Below are positions 12,430 to 25,239 of a DNA stretch of 64,000 nucleotides, piece after piece. Position numbers and translations under genes: made by a program. How positions within the stretch are numbered: position 1 is the first letter of the stretch; every line of letters begins with the position of its first letter. The DNA lies in assembly GCF_006345805.1 (NCBI RefSeq), contig NC_043011.1, positions 55,626,464-55,690,463 on the forward strand. Reading direction: 5' to 3'. The notes beneath the pieces are model-generated. The model was not told the DNA's origin, searched no databases, and saw only the letters and a program-made list of their open reading frames with translations. The stretch is from Octopus sinensis. Taxonomy: Eukaryota.

Positions 12430-12810
12430 TACATCGACACACACACACACACTTACGTATGTTTACACATCCACAAATATACATAAAGCTTTCAAAATCA
12501 GTGCTCAGTTTAACTATTTTCATTGTAGATCTTCTCTCTCTTAATCCCATTTATTGTCAGTGTGGAAGCTTAATTAACTAAGCCAACATGATGGTCTGAT
12601 AAGGATTAACCACATATATTCCATAATAGGGCGTGATACTGTAAATATAATCATCCTAAATACGAGATTAACAAAACCGAATACATAATCACTGAAGTTT
12701 TCTAATTGCTCATATCATATATTCAGGGTGAATCCAGAATTTTAGCTGGGGTTCATTCCCAACCCTACACACACACACACAATGTTCTCTCATTATGGTT
12801 CAATTTCTTT

Positions 12811-12995
12811 GAGGTGGTGAGCTGGCAGAGTCATTAGCATGCTTTGTGGCATTTCGTCTGTCTTCACTGAGTTCGAATTCTGAGAAGGTTGGCTGTGCCT
12901 TTCATATTTTTTGGGTTCGTTAAAATAAGTACCAGTCACGTCCTGGGGTCAATGTAATCAACTAGCCCTTTTCGTCGAAATTTCAGGTCTTGTGT
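12811..12995 (+). mobile_element. Diverged family B SINE
   Basis: ggtgagctggcaga...gagttcgaattc...aaaataagtaccagt. Confidence 0.75.
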
Positions 12996-13357
12996 TCATG
13001 TCAAGCCAACACATGGTTTGATGTCTCAAATCTTATCAAGTTATTGTCATCCTCATCATTAACCATTTTCGTCTGTTTTTCCATGCTGGGTTAGGCTACA
13101 GCACCTCAGATTTTTGCTGTCTCTTCTCATCTGTCATACACCGCAACAGAAAAAAAGCACCACTCCTTGCTGTTGTGTATATTATGCGTTTGACATGGTT
13201 TTTATGAGCAGATGGTCTTCCTATTACCAGTCACTTTATCAGACAGAATGAGAGCATTTTATCATGTAACCAACCCTAGAGAAGTCCCCTGTAGCAGGAC
13301 TTCAGATTCCTCTCTACCCTACAACTACTTTAATTCAAGATTGGCTGCCTCTGCTGT

Positions 13358-13714
13358 TGCTGCTGAGCGAACGGTCTTCGTCCCAGAGCTCGCAAGAAAC
13401 GTGGTCCTTTGCTATTCGTAAGACCTGCAGAAGAGAAAGCAGGTCAACTCCCGACACCGAGAGCATCAACGGATGGATGAATGCGCATCCAGGCTCAGTA
13501 GTTGCATAGGAAGTCGGGGACAAGAAACAGGAAGAAAGAGTGAGAGAAAGTTGGGGCGAAAGAGTATAACAGGGGTCACCACCACACCCTGCCAGAGCCT
13601 CGTGGAGCTTTAGGTGTTTTCGCTCAATAAACACACAATGCCCGGTCTGGGAATTGAAACCGCGATCCTCCGACTGCGAGTCCGCTGCCCTAACCACTGG
13701 GCCATTGCGCCTCC
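13358..13714 (-). mobile_element. Family E tRNA-derived SINE with CAG/CAA tail
   Basis: Head ggaggcgcaatggcccagtggttagggcagcggac...ggtttcaattccc; 13-bp TSD ctgcctctgctgt. Confidence 0.9.
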
Positions 13715-14282
13715 TGCCTCTGCTGTGGCTTGTGGAGGCCATGTCTATAACTAGATGCCTTTTCTAACTTTACAGAATGGACAGGATACATTTTATTAAG
13801 CTAACTAATCCTCTCTGCCAGATCTTGAGAGCTTCTTATACTTTCCGTTTCGTGTTAGATTTACTAAAGAGTAACCATCATTCTGTATTAGTTGATTCTG
13901 AATGAATGTCTGCAAATGAGTATCTATATATTTTAATATATTGAATTAATGCTTAGATACTATAAAAAATATACCCACTGAATTTAAGAGCTCCACTTTT
14001 AACATATTAAATTCCAATATTTTATTTAAATGCAATCACCATAACTGGAATGAGTTTGTATTGAGATAAATTGGTTCAGTGCAAAATATTTAGAAGAATA
14101 AAAAACAAGGATTTCAGTGTTGTTTCATGATTTCACTCTCAGTTCTACAGCAGTTTCCACAGTTAAAATACAAACATCATCATACCTATTATTACATAAT
14201 TAATATATAGAAGTGCATAATTAATTGGAATGAGATGAATAAGCTATGTCGTCAGGAAAAGAAATTGAAATATTTCAATAAA

Positions 14283-14461
14283 TTATGACTCATCAAAGAC
14301 ATTTTTATTTTCTAAATATTCATTATTTATGAATGTTTTATATCTGACCATATGTCCTGCCATCCATTGGTACATTGGGCTCCACCAAACCATAGATCCA
14401 CAACAGGTCAGTTCTGCTGTGAGGTTAAACCCTTTGAGAGATTTGGGATTAGCAACACAAG
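14283..14461 (-). CDS. Candidate coding exon, product unknown
   Basis: Acceptor ttcattag| then open frame CVANPKSLKGFNLTAELTCCGSMVWWSPMYQWMAGHM in unique sequence; possible weak donor after 14349. Confidence 0.25.
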
Positions 14462-14698
14462 CTAATGAAATGCGAATCATTTATACTGTATGATAATTGA
14501 TTAGAGTGCAGTCAAACCAATGGGGTAGCCTCCGCATAGTTGCTCAACCAGCTAGAAATAGCAACCACTCAGATCACGTGGTGTTATAAAACAGGATGGG
14601 ATGCATAGGCTAATGTAGTCCAGGGTACAGTATGCCTAGGAAATAACAAGGTTGGAATCCCTTTGATCATTGATCAGTTTGATTAGAGTTGGGACCAA

Positions 14699-15065
14699 GG
14701 TTCAGTCCTTGCTGCAGTCTGGTGGCTTGTGTGCCTCAATGACCCTGAGAGCTCTGTGCCAGCGGGGCACAAACTCTGGGTAGGGGTCTTTCATTCTGGA
14801 CAGGTCAAAGGAGGATAGATGCCAGACTAGTATAGACCATCTTTTCTCAGACATAAAAATAGATCCAACACTCTTACCTAGAAAAAAAAGTAGTTACAGA
14901 AGCATCGATGACAATCCAAAGCCAACAAGACCTAGAAAAGGAATGGGCCTTCCCTCAAGGAAACATAGGACACCCTAAAAATAATGGGAAGCTAGATACT
15001 GAGACAGAACCGAAAAAACCAGGGATCTAACTGGAAAGAAACAGAAAAGACAGCCCAGAGTCGAG
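14699..15065 (+). mobile_element. Old bipartite RTE-derived element (RTE-like 5' UTR plus ORF end)
   Basis: ggtggcttgtgtgcctcaatgaccctgagagct...ggacaggtcaaagg, then WKETEKTAQSR; inverted homolog at 16460-16718. Confidence 0.6.
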
Positions 15066-15252
15066 AATGCTCAATTAGAAGCAAAGGGCTAAACATCAGG
15101 GAATTACCACCAATAACAACAATCTTCTTGTGATGGCAAGATGGAGGCGATTCAAAATTAAGTGCCTTTGTTGGTGATGATATAACTATCCATCCAGCCC
15201 TTATCAACTGACTCAACTGTCATTCTATGCTGGTGAATATCTATATTAATTT

Positions 15253-15674
15253 TGTAACAGGATCTGGAATCAGTATCACTGAAGAGGTGTCCGATCCGAT
15301 CCCGTCACATTCAATTTAGTTAGATATAACAGACGAAGTCAGGTTATCTGGGAAAGACAGCAAATTGTTGTTTATTACTTGTGATGGTGTGCGTATTTTC
15401 TGAGGGGAAACGACAGCCGAATCTTTGCACTGCTTCTTGTTGGTTGATTGAAGTGATTCGGTGTGGTCCGTTGCTAAGCCGGTGTAGAGTTCTCAGAGAC
15501 TACCAAATGCACGTCTGTTCACGAGGGCTGAAAGCGCCAGAGAGAGTGAATGAGTGGACTGTGCCTTAGGGGTCAGTTTCCCGCACATGCGCATGGGGAA
15601 GACTTCCGGTGGCCACCCGGAAGTAGTCCCATTCTGCGCATGCGCGCTGAACCTTACACAGTAGCATCACTACA
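15253..15674 (-). mobile_element. Solo LTR (Gypsy-like), 422 bp
   Basis: TGT...ACA termini, 4-bp TSD ATTT, AATAAA on the minus strand at 15371-15376. Confidence 0.8.
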
Positions 15675-16459
15675 ATTTTACCTTTTCTTCTTAGAGAGTG
15701 AAAGGCAGGTCAGTTGATATGGGACAGTGGAAAATTTCTGAAGATGCTTTCTTCATGAAGAACACCTAATTAAGTGTAAGTTAGCATACTTAATATAGTG
15801 AGTTGAAAATTAATTTTTAACCTACAAAATTACATCTTTAATGAGAGGAAAAAATTATTAGTGCCAATGACAACTCTTACTGAAGAAGGCAAAGGAGAGA
15901 ACTCTGGGAGTTATCTTGATAAAAAATTAATTGGAGACTTGCATTTGGGAATGAATTAGATGTTTGGATCAGTATGGTGACAACTCTGGACATGTTTCAG
16001 GCCTATTTGACCTCCTTAGTGATGTGTAAGTTAACATCTACGTACAAAATCTTAGAGCAACTGGGAGAGTATAGTCTTTTTTCTTTTTTGTGTGTGAAAA
16101 TTGTTCGCTGATCATGTCATTTGAAATAAGGACAGTCGAGAGTTCCTCATAGATGCCTACTGCATGAAGAACAGATAGTTAAGTGCAGACAGAGCCTGCA
16201 AAAGCAGGAAGGGGCTCAACTAATTTATTGGTCTGGGACCCAAAGAGTCAAAGAAGAGATAATGATTCTCTACTGGGCTCCTCCTTAAAAGAATCTCAGC
16301 ATTTTGAATTTTGAGAGATCTCTCACCCCATTCCAAGACCTCCAAAATAGTTTTGTTCTGTTTTGCCACATTCAGCCCAGAGTCTCTGAATGCACCGACC
16401 ACACTTAAGCTCCCTATGGAGCAGAAACCATCAACATCTTTTCTCCACTGTAAGACTTT

Positions 16460-16718
16460 TCTCTCCCAAGTCCTGTTGGTTTTGCATTGGCTTTGATGCT
16501 TCTGCAACTTTGCTTTTTTTTCTTGGGAGGGGTTTTGGCTCTATGCAAATCTATTTTTACCCCTGGAAAGAGGTGATCCATATTAGTCTGGCCTCTATCC
16601 TTTGAGCTGTCCAGCATGAGAAGCCCTACCAGGGGCTTGTGTTGTGCTGATAGAGCTCTCAGGGGTCACTGAGGCATGAGACATACAAGCCATCACATTG
16701 CAGCAAAGGCTGAACCAC
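16460..16718 (-). mobile_element. Second copy of the RTE-like 5'-UTR element
   Basis: Reverse complement aligns with 14699-14950. Confidence 0.65.
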
Positions 16719-17076
16719 GTGTTGGAACATACTTAATGGAGTGATCCAAAAAGAATTATTAATCAAATGATATCCCACCTGTAATGAGAGGAATGTAGAT
16801 TCAAACCCTCACCTCTTGTTAATTATGACCAGTATAATTTATTTTGAAGAGAGCAGTTGTGTATAGCGATTTGATTTTGATTAATGTCTCAGTTCTATAT
16901 TTTTGTGAAGGAGAAATGGAAGGATGTGATGCTTATGTCTTTCTTCAATAGTGAATTGAAATATCTTCATCCAGGCATTTTTTTGTATTGCTCTATCTGG
17001 AGGAAAGCTCAGTGTTGAGGACTTTTACAGATCCTTTTGAAATCAGTGGGCTTGGTGCTGTTAATGTTGTGTTTAA

Positions 17077-17297
17077 CACTTTCGATACCGTATTTATTTT
17101 GAGATGCTCTGAGTTTCTTTCAATTATTTTAAATATAACAAAGAATTTAGTAAAATAACTTAGTTATCATTAAGCTAGTGTTAGGAACATAATTTGTGAC
17201 TAAGGTTTGGTGGAAGATTTTAATTCAAAACTTATGAAAATGAAACATTTGTAGTACAGATCCAGAGCCGGTTTCAGCCAGGTTGGTAACAAAAGGG
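17077..17297. mobile_element. piggyBac-like MITE
   Basis: TTAA|cacttt...aaaggg|tt; reverse homolog of 44435-44655. Confidence 0.75.
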
Positions 17298-18440
17298 TTT
17301 TAAAGTGTTGCAAGTCAACATATGCAAGAAAGACATGATCAGGGAAGAGATTCTAGAAAAATGTTATTCTGGGGAGGAAGGATTTAGAAGGGTTTGTGTG
17401 GGAGCAGAGTTGGCTGCAGCAAGAGTCACAAGAGAGAGAGATAAAATGAGTGTATCTGAATGGAGAAGGTACAGGTCCACCAAGCTCTGAGGAACAGAGG
17501 CTAGTATTGTAGTAATAGAGAGAAAGAAAGAAAGAAAAAGAAAAATCTGAGAGAGAGAAGAGAGCAGATGTGTGAGTGAGGGATTGCAGGGTGTCGGTTA
17601 TTGGCCGAATGCAAGTCAATTGAATGAACTCCTTTGGATGGAATTCAGGATATCAGTGTGTGTGTAGCAGCAGAACCATTCCAGATATTGAAACAATGAT
17701 CCATTGTAGCTGTGATTGGAGTCTTGCAGGGAGACTGAATCTCAGCCTATGGAGGAGAACGTATGTTCTTCTCAGCATTACCAAAGGGCTTGTTAGTTCC
17801 CTATTTATACTGAGTAGCTTGAAATCGAATCATTAAATCAGCAAACGACTTACTTTGTATAAAGTCAAGTTCTCAGATCAATAAGTCAGTAGAGTATTAT
17901 TATTATTGAATAATCCTGATGAGCTTATCTCAAGCTGACCTTCTTTAGCTCTGCCCATCCCATCTTGATTTTCAGAAACAACATCCTTATATTTAAATTT
18001 TTATTTAGTTGGCAGGGTAACATTCAGCTGTTACAGTGAACAGGTTGAGAGTTGAGGTGTAACTTCCTTCAATAATTCTCTTATCATGGATCAAAAATCT
18101 AATATGTGAGCTCACCTTGAACAAAATGTAGTGTCAGTCAGGTGTTAAAATACATTTGTGTTTCATTCCTTACATTTCTGAATTTTAGTCCAAAGATTGA
18201 ATTCCGTTTCAGTGGTGAAGAAGTATTTGATAAATCATGCACCAACATATGGAGTTCATTTTGCATCCAGTTCTATCTCACCTTGGACATCTTCTACCAT
18301 AGCCTCAGGCTGACCAATTCTTTATGAGTGGAACTGGTGGACAGAAAGCTGGATAAGCGCTGTCCTACTGAGCCCGTGGGCTTGTGACTTACAGGATCAT
18401 TAAGTCACACACACACATACTTATACAGGTGTAAATATAT

Positions 18441-18915
18441 ATCATCATCATCATCATTATCATCGTCGTTTAACGTCTATTTTCTGTGCTAGCACCGGTT
18501 GGATGGTTCGACCGGGGTCTGGGAAGCCAGGAGGCTGCACCAGGCTCCAGTCTGATCTGGCAGTGTTTCTACAGCTAGATGCCCTTCCTAACGCCAACCA
18601 CTCTGTGAGTGTAGTGGGTGCTTTTTATGTGCCACCAGCACAGGTGCCAGGGGAGGCTGGCAGCGGCCATGATTGGTTGGTGCTTTTTACGTGCCACTGG
18701 CACAGAAGCCAGTCAAGGCGGCGCTGGCATCGGCCATGTTCGGATGGTGTTTCTACGTGCCGCCAGCACAGGTATCTTAACTACAATTTCCATTTGATAT
18801 TTATTTTGATTTTGATGTACTTGACTCAATAGGTCTCCTCAAGCACAGCAGGTCACCCTACAATCCAAGGTAAGCACAGCAGGTCGTTTTGCAATCCAAG
18901 GTACTTTGGATGGGC
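18441..18915 (-). mobile_element. Family A copy with extended 5' part
   Basis: Family consensus with (CAT)n at left. Confidence 0.85.
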
Positions 18916-18984
18916 TGGGGCTATACGGAACTGATGCAGGAAGCAGCCATGAACTCACATTATTTGTTGGGTTTGTTTCATTCA

Positions 18985-19295
18985 TTAGACTGCAGCCATC
19001 CTTTGTCATCTCCTGAATGAGGCTCAACATCTGAAGGTCATCCTTCACTACTTCATCCCACATCTTCCACTTCCATCTACATTAACAATCGGTACTTTTC
19101 TACAAAGCTCTCCTCGTCCATATGCATCACATGACCATACCAGGTCAGTCTCATGCCTCTTATACCCAATTTTTCTCTCCCAATACATTTACATTCTGTC
19201 GTACATGCACACTGACATTGCACATCCAGCAGAGCATGCTAGCTTCATTTCTTTCAAGTCTGTCCACTGCATTCACAGCCCATGTTTCACCCTCA
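18985..19295 (-). mobile_element. RTE ORF C-terminal fragment
   Basis: ETWAVNAVDRLERNEASMLCWMCNVSV; WDEVVKDDL. Confidence 0.85.
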
Positions 19296-19299
19296 TGTA

Positions 19300-19935
19300 A
19301 CCCTGACTCCTCCCCCAGCACTGTGCATCTCTCTTGCACACCACCCCTCTCACTTTGCTGCCGCCTATTGCCTCCCTCACCGACACCTACTTCCTCCACC
19401 TTCCCCTCCAACACATACTCATGATCGATCTTGCCTCCACTCATCTTCATCCCTCACTGCATCTCCCTCTATCCCCATCCATCTGACACTCACAACTCAC
19501 CTCCCACAACTTACCCATCCATACCACTTCTCTTCATTCACCTTCTTGTAATTTGTGGGAACACCTCAACAGATCTGCTCCACCATCCTCCTTCTCTTCC
19601 AATTTAAGTAACCATAACCACCTGTACTTGTCCCTCTATCATACCTTGATCTTCTTATCACCTGGCATGAAGCCACCTTCCTCAATTTTACTCTCCTCAG
19701 CTGAGGGGATCTCTGTCTTGTGAGTCACTTGGTAACCTCAGTCGTGCTAGTGCCACATAAAAAGCACCCACCCAGTAAAGTAGTTAGCGCCAGCAAGTGC
19801 ATTCAGCTGTATAAACCAAACTCCAAAGTGGACTTTGGAGTTTGGTGCAAACCTCTGCCTTGTTAGCCCCTGTCAAACCGTCCAACCCATTCCACATAAA
19901 AGATGGACATTAAGTGCTGCTGCAGCTGCTGATGA
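19300..19935 (+). mobile_element. Family I: C/T-rich body plus RTE-type 3' tail
   Basis: Same layout at 24615-24975 and 47710-48690. Confidence 0.55.
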
Positions 19936-20230
19936 TACGTGTGTATGTATATCTATATATGCGCACGTGAGTGTGTGTGTACAAATACACACACGCACTT
20001 CGACGTACAAATGGAGGAAAGAGTGCTCAGTACGCTGGCAAAATGCATTCTTCCATCAAAGCTGTTGATTCATTCTGTACTCAGACTTTGAAGGTTTGAG
20101 TCCTCCTTTAGGTTACAAAATGGAGCTTTTCAAGGACTGCCCATATTGACACCGTATAGCAACAGGTACCAGCTCCGAATGAATACCCCACCACACACAC
20201 ACACACACACACGCAAGCATTTACACATAC

Positions 20231-20456
20231 CGTTTCTGTATTGCAGTCGCACTGATGATTTCTGTAAGAAACAGCTGCCAAAATTTTCCTCAGTAAACTT
20301 TTCATAGTCTTTCAAAATAAGGAACCCTCGTTTTAAATTATCTCTCAAGACAATATATATTCTCTCGTAAGGACAGGATGTCCCTAGCTTTTTGTGAACT
20401 GATAAGACGAATAAGGAAGCCTTACTTCCAACGACTGCTAGAGACTTCTTAATCAT
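20231..20456 (-). CDS. Candidate first coding exon, product unknown
   Basis: Unique sequence ending at donor ACG|GTATGT. Two open frames: MIKKSL...YRN (phase 1) or MKSLLRKILAAVSYRNHQCDCNTET from 20305 (phase 0). Confidence 0.3.
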
Positions 20457-21104
20457 TGCATATCCAGGATGCTGGATCTGTGAAATACTTCTAATCAGCT
20501 GCTTCAGTATCGTACAATCTGCTGAAGTATGAATCCAGGGCTTTTCAACGACGATAACACAAAACTACATCAACAAATGTGTTGACAGCTTTACTCGTTG
20601 ACGAATTCAGAAGTCTTCTTATTACAAGTCGGATGTTAAAAGTTGAAAAGGAAGAAAGAAAAACCACAAAAAAAAAAAAAAAAACGAGTTACTAAACAAC
20701 ACCCCGCCCCTACTTAGATGGTCTTGTGACTCAAAAATATAAATTTACAACAAAACGAATAAATAAGGCAGCCTTTTTTTTTTTACGGATTCGCAGGCGA
20801 GAACAGGAAAACAAGTGCAGCGAGCAAATCAAATTTGAAGTCAATTATAATTATGAAATGTTACTTTTTACGTAAATATTTATGCAGAAAACCATTTAGG
20901 CGCACTTTGCCAACATGAGGTGTGTGTGTGTGTATGATAAAGAGAGAGAGAGAGAGAGAGAAAGGGGGAAGTGTATATGGTAGCATGCTCCACGGTATTT
21001 CCGATGGATAAGGCTCTCCTTGGGAGTATTATGTGTTATCGCTCGTTCACTGACCACCTCCATAAAATACGAAAATACAACTCGAACCGACGAGCGAACA
21101 ATCG

Positions 21105-21232
21105 ACTCCTATGTGGTCGTTAGACCTGCTAGAAGTTATAGCCAAATCTCCTTCAGATCGCACCCTACAATATCGGCTTGACTCGCTTTTGGCCATAGTT
21201 CTGCTCGATCAGGGCCAACCTGAGGTTAGCAG
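21105..21232 (+). mobile_element. Family G short repeat with CAA-type tail (others near 14540, 27640, 35995, 51035, 52405, 62400)
   Basis: gacctgctagaa..atagccaaatctcc..ca.atc.caccc...ctgctcgatcagggc..acctg recurs. Confidence 0.6.
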
Positions 21233-21948
21233 CAAAAATGCAAATGTTTATCGAGTCAACAGAAAGGGCCTCTCTATGCGGCCGCTCAAGTTGCAAAGAG
21301 TATAGCATTCAACTCTCCATCGAAGTACATCCTGCCAAATATCTTTAAAAAGCTAAAAATACATTGGATAATATCAGCTTGAATACTCGATATATAGACC
21401 AGCGAAAACCCAACAAACAAAATAACACACACACATATATATATACAGACAGAGGCAAGAGAGAGCCAAAAGTCTGGAGAGGATTGAAGAATCAAGTCTT
21501 CATGTTTAACGCGCGCACACACACACACGGTTTTTATTTGAAGCTGTATCGACAAATGACGATTCCGAGTTCCGAATTGACAACCACAAAACAACAACAA
21601 TTGATGACCGAAGCTTTGAGCGAGGGTAAGTTTAGAAAAAGACGGTCCGAAAGACGAGATTTCTAACAGAATTAATTCTTGTGAACATCTCTCAGCTGTT
21701 TCGCTTTCTCTCGGGAGAACTTCCTTATCACGCGCGCGCGCGCGCACACTCACACGTACGCACTCCTACATACATACACACACACTCACACAGAGAGAGA
21801 GGCACGTGCATATTTTCCCAGTTATTTATACGCCGTGAAAAGACACCTTTGTCAACATTGAAATTTAATTAGAATTTCGTACTTGGAAAAATATTTAAAT
21901 GAAAGCAAGCTCGTACGCATATAAATGCACACATTCACACACATACGC

Positions 21949-22000
<52 letters not shown>

Positions 22001-22849
22001 TTATATATATATATGTGTGTGTGTGTGTGCATACATATATAGGCAATATGTGTGTGTGTGTGTGAGAGAGAGAGAGAGTTTAAATTTCAATTACAAAATG
22101 TTAACTTTGTAAGAATTGAAAACGAAAATAGCACACACACACACACATACATACACGTACACAGCGCAACAGGAGAATTGCGTGTGTATATGTATTTCAC
22201 AGTTCCCTTTATTTGAAATTATGTGCCTGTATATTTGAATTAAATTATAATATTAGTACGAATAGGTTTCTAGCCACCCAAACGGTTGTGTATGTGTGTG
22301 TGTGTGTGTGTGTGTTTTTGCTGTTTATAGACGTTGACAAATTGCCCTTCTTTAGCGGTTTTTGTTGCCATTTGTTGTTGTTGTTGTTGTTGTATGCATT
22401 TGAGGCGAACAATTTGATATCAGTGGATAACGTCATCGCTATATATGAAGGGAAATACCACTCTTTAAATATTCACAGTGATTAGCATGTAGTTTTAGGC
22501 GCAGGCCATATCATTACCACCTCCCTCATCATCACCATCATCATTATCATCATCCTAATAACAATATGAAAGAATAAGAATTATTACTATTATTATTATT
22601 ATTATTATTTCAATAGACTGGGCTGAATATACAAGATATCACATACGGACAGAAAATTTTAGGATTAAAAAAAAACGCATCATCAAGACGAATTCTATTT
22701 TGTTTTGTTTTTAATTTATTGAAATTAATTAAAGAAGCTATTTATATTTATATTTACTTCTATCTCGTTTTTTCTTTCTCTTTTTCCGAAAACTACAGAT
22801 TAAAAAAAAAAAGAAAAAAAGCATCAAAAAACCCAAGGAATGGTAACTC

Positions 22850-23160
22850 ATCTCTATGACGTAATGCAGAATATTTCTTGCCCCCCCCTCTTCCTCCCCC
22901 TCCCCCTCCCCCTCGTTTCTTCCTCTGACCATAGAGTGAGAGAGACACTGGGAGGCTGGATTTCTACTGGAAAAGCCGAACGCACGTGACAACGCACATG
23001 TTTCCATCAGCGGCAATAAATCCAAACTAGAACCAATCTAGACGCCCTCTGATTGGCCGACACCTGACTCCTTGCTAATTAGGCTTACCTACTGCAGCCA
23101 CCATGCGCTCGGGCACATGTTCTGCGATTCTTCTTTACCTTGATTTTCTTTCATCTTAAT
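22850..23160. promoter_or_regulatory. Putative promoter/enhancer
   Basis: TGACGTAA (about 22857), C-tract, E-box CACGTG (about 22983), CCAAT boxes on both strands (about 23033 and 23052), CpG-containing unique sequence. Confidence 0.5.
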
Positions 23161-24199
23161 GATGTGTGTGAGTGAATGTGCATCTCTCTCTATTTCTCCC
23201 TCTCAGGTATATGTGTGTGTGTGTGTGTGTGCATGTGTTAGTGTGTGCGTATGCAAGCTTAATTTAAAAAATTTTCTTTTTAATATTTCAATAACACGAT
23301 GCCTTTCTCTCTCTCCTTCTCTCTATCTCTGTCTCTTATACACACACACATAATGTATATACACATACAACGACAATTATACACACTTGTTTGTGTATAC
23401 ACAAATATATTCAATCACACCCATATATAACTACATATGTGTGTAATATAATATGTGCATGTATACACATACACACATACACACGTGTGTGAGCGAGTAG
23501 AATTGTCACCAAACATCTCCCACTCGTTTTATCATCACACTTCTGTCAATTTTTGGAAGAATAGGACTGACACATCTGAACACACACACACCTACTATAT
23601 ACTACTACAATCTATCTTAGTAACAACTATTCATACATCCTCCCCCTCTTGTCTGCTCTCTGCTTCTCTCTTCTCTCTCCTTTCTGCCTGTTCTATGGTA
23701 CCGATGCATCGACATATATGGATATAATAGACCTGGCATTGGATTAAAATCTCGGAAGAACATATGAATACGAACCACTTCTTGAATAAATAAATAGCTA
23801 GCTCTAGTTTACAACCCAGACAACCTGTAGATCTCAACATATAATTTTTTTCTCGTTTTGTCTCCCCGATGGCTAGAATGGTCCATATTTTTGTCCTTCA
23901 TAAATTCAGCAACTTATCCTCTCAATTTTAACAGGTCTTGTAGAAAGGCATAAACATCACACATTCTCATCTCCCCACTTTGGAAAATAAATCTGAAAAA
24001 CTGAGGCAACGTAGTGATTTGTGTATTTTTAAAGTTTGTAATCTTCAAGAAATAACTTCTTGGCAAGATGGGGGTCTATCAAGATGTTTTGGGGTCTTGT
24101 TTGAAGCCATTTTCATTTTACTAATTCTATTAATAATGTCCTTGAGAAATATATGAATGTCACAACTTAGCTTTTCTTAAACCCTGTGTGTGTCTGTGT

Positions 24200-24612
24200 G
24201 TCCATAGCTGCATGGTTAACAAGTTTGCTTCCTAATTATGTGGCTTTTGGTTCAATCTCAGTGTATGACATCTTGGGTAAGTATCTTCTACTATAGTTCC
24301 AGGTTGACCAAAGCCTTGTGAATGGAGTCGATAAATGGAAACTGAAGAGGCGTGTCAAATATGTGTGTGTGCGTGTTAGTCTCTTTTCTTGATATTGTGT
24401 AAATTGTAGTTGTAAATGAGTATAACCATCATACAAGCAGTGTCTTTCATTTCCAATTTTCTATGTAAACATGTCTGGCTATGGGCATCTATTACCTTAC
24501 TTGGGAACTGCAGAGCTTGGCAACAGAAAGTGCATCTGGTTATAGAAAATCTGCCTCAGTTTATTGTTTAATTCATACAAACATGGAAAAGTGGATATTA
24601 AAATGATGAATG
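24200..24612 (+). mobile_element. Family C SINE head with RTE-type tail (old variant)
   Basis: tRNA-like head and tcttctactatag core; ends catggaaaagtggatattaaaatgatga. Confidence 0.75.
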
Positions 24613-24614
24613 AT

Positions 24615-24975
24615 TCTCTCTCTCTCTGCACCTCCTACAGATCAGATTTCTCTTTCTCTTCTTCTACTAAATGTGGATTGTCATGCAAACTCTCTACAAG
24701 AACCTGCTCTGCCCCACTGTAGTTTTAATCCCTCATCCCCGAGTATGAAGCTGACCCTCTCACCTCCCCTGGGAGTCTTAGTTCTGTGAGTTGCATGGCA
24801 ACCTCAATAGTACTGCTGGCATGTAAAACGGTTGGCATTAGAAAGGGCATCTGGCTGTAGAAACCACGCTAAAGTAGACAGAAGCATGATGCAGTCCCTG
24901 GGCACATTGGATCCTGACAAACCATCTGATTCATGCAAACATGGAGCATGAACATTAAATGATGGTGGTGATGAC
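24615..24975 (+). mobile_element. Family I copy
   Basis: C/T-rich body, then gtgagttgcatggcaacctc...gggcatctggctgtagaaacc...acattaaatgatg. Confidence 0.55.
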
Positions 24976-25239
24976 GACCAAGGGTGTGGGGCACCACACC
25001 AATCCAACTGTTCAGATTGCGATGCAATATTTAAGCGAAGCCACAGAACACAAGGAGAATAATGATGGGTTATATTAACAATCAGTAAATACAAACAATT
25101 CATTAAACGAGGCTAAATTAGTTTAGTGTAATGAGATGCTAACGAGATCAGATGTGTTGTTCTTTGTGAATCGTTTGTATTTCACTTGTTCAATTCATAG
25201 GACTTTTTGGGAAATTCAACCTAATTCTTAGATGTTTAT

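Noticed and set aside
13640-13714. tRNA gene
   Set aside because: A tRNA-like SINE head attached to a body and tail, found three times, with a TSD.
15890-16420. Possible ancient LINE RT remnant (LGVILDKKL)
   Set aside because: A single short motif with heavy decay; clade and limits cannot be supported.
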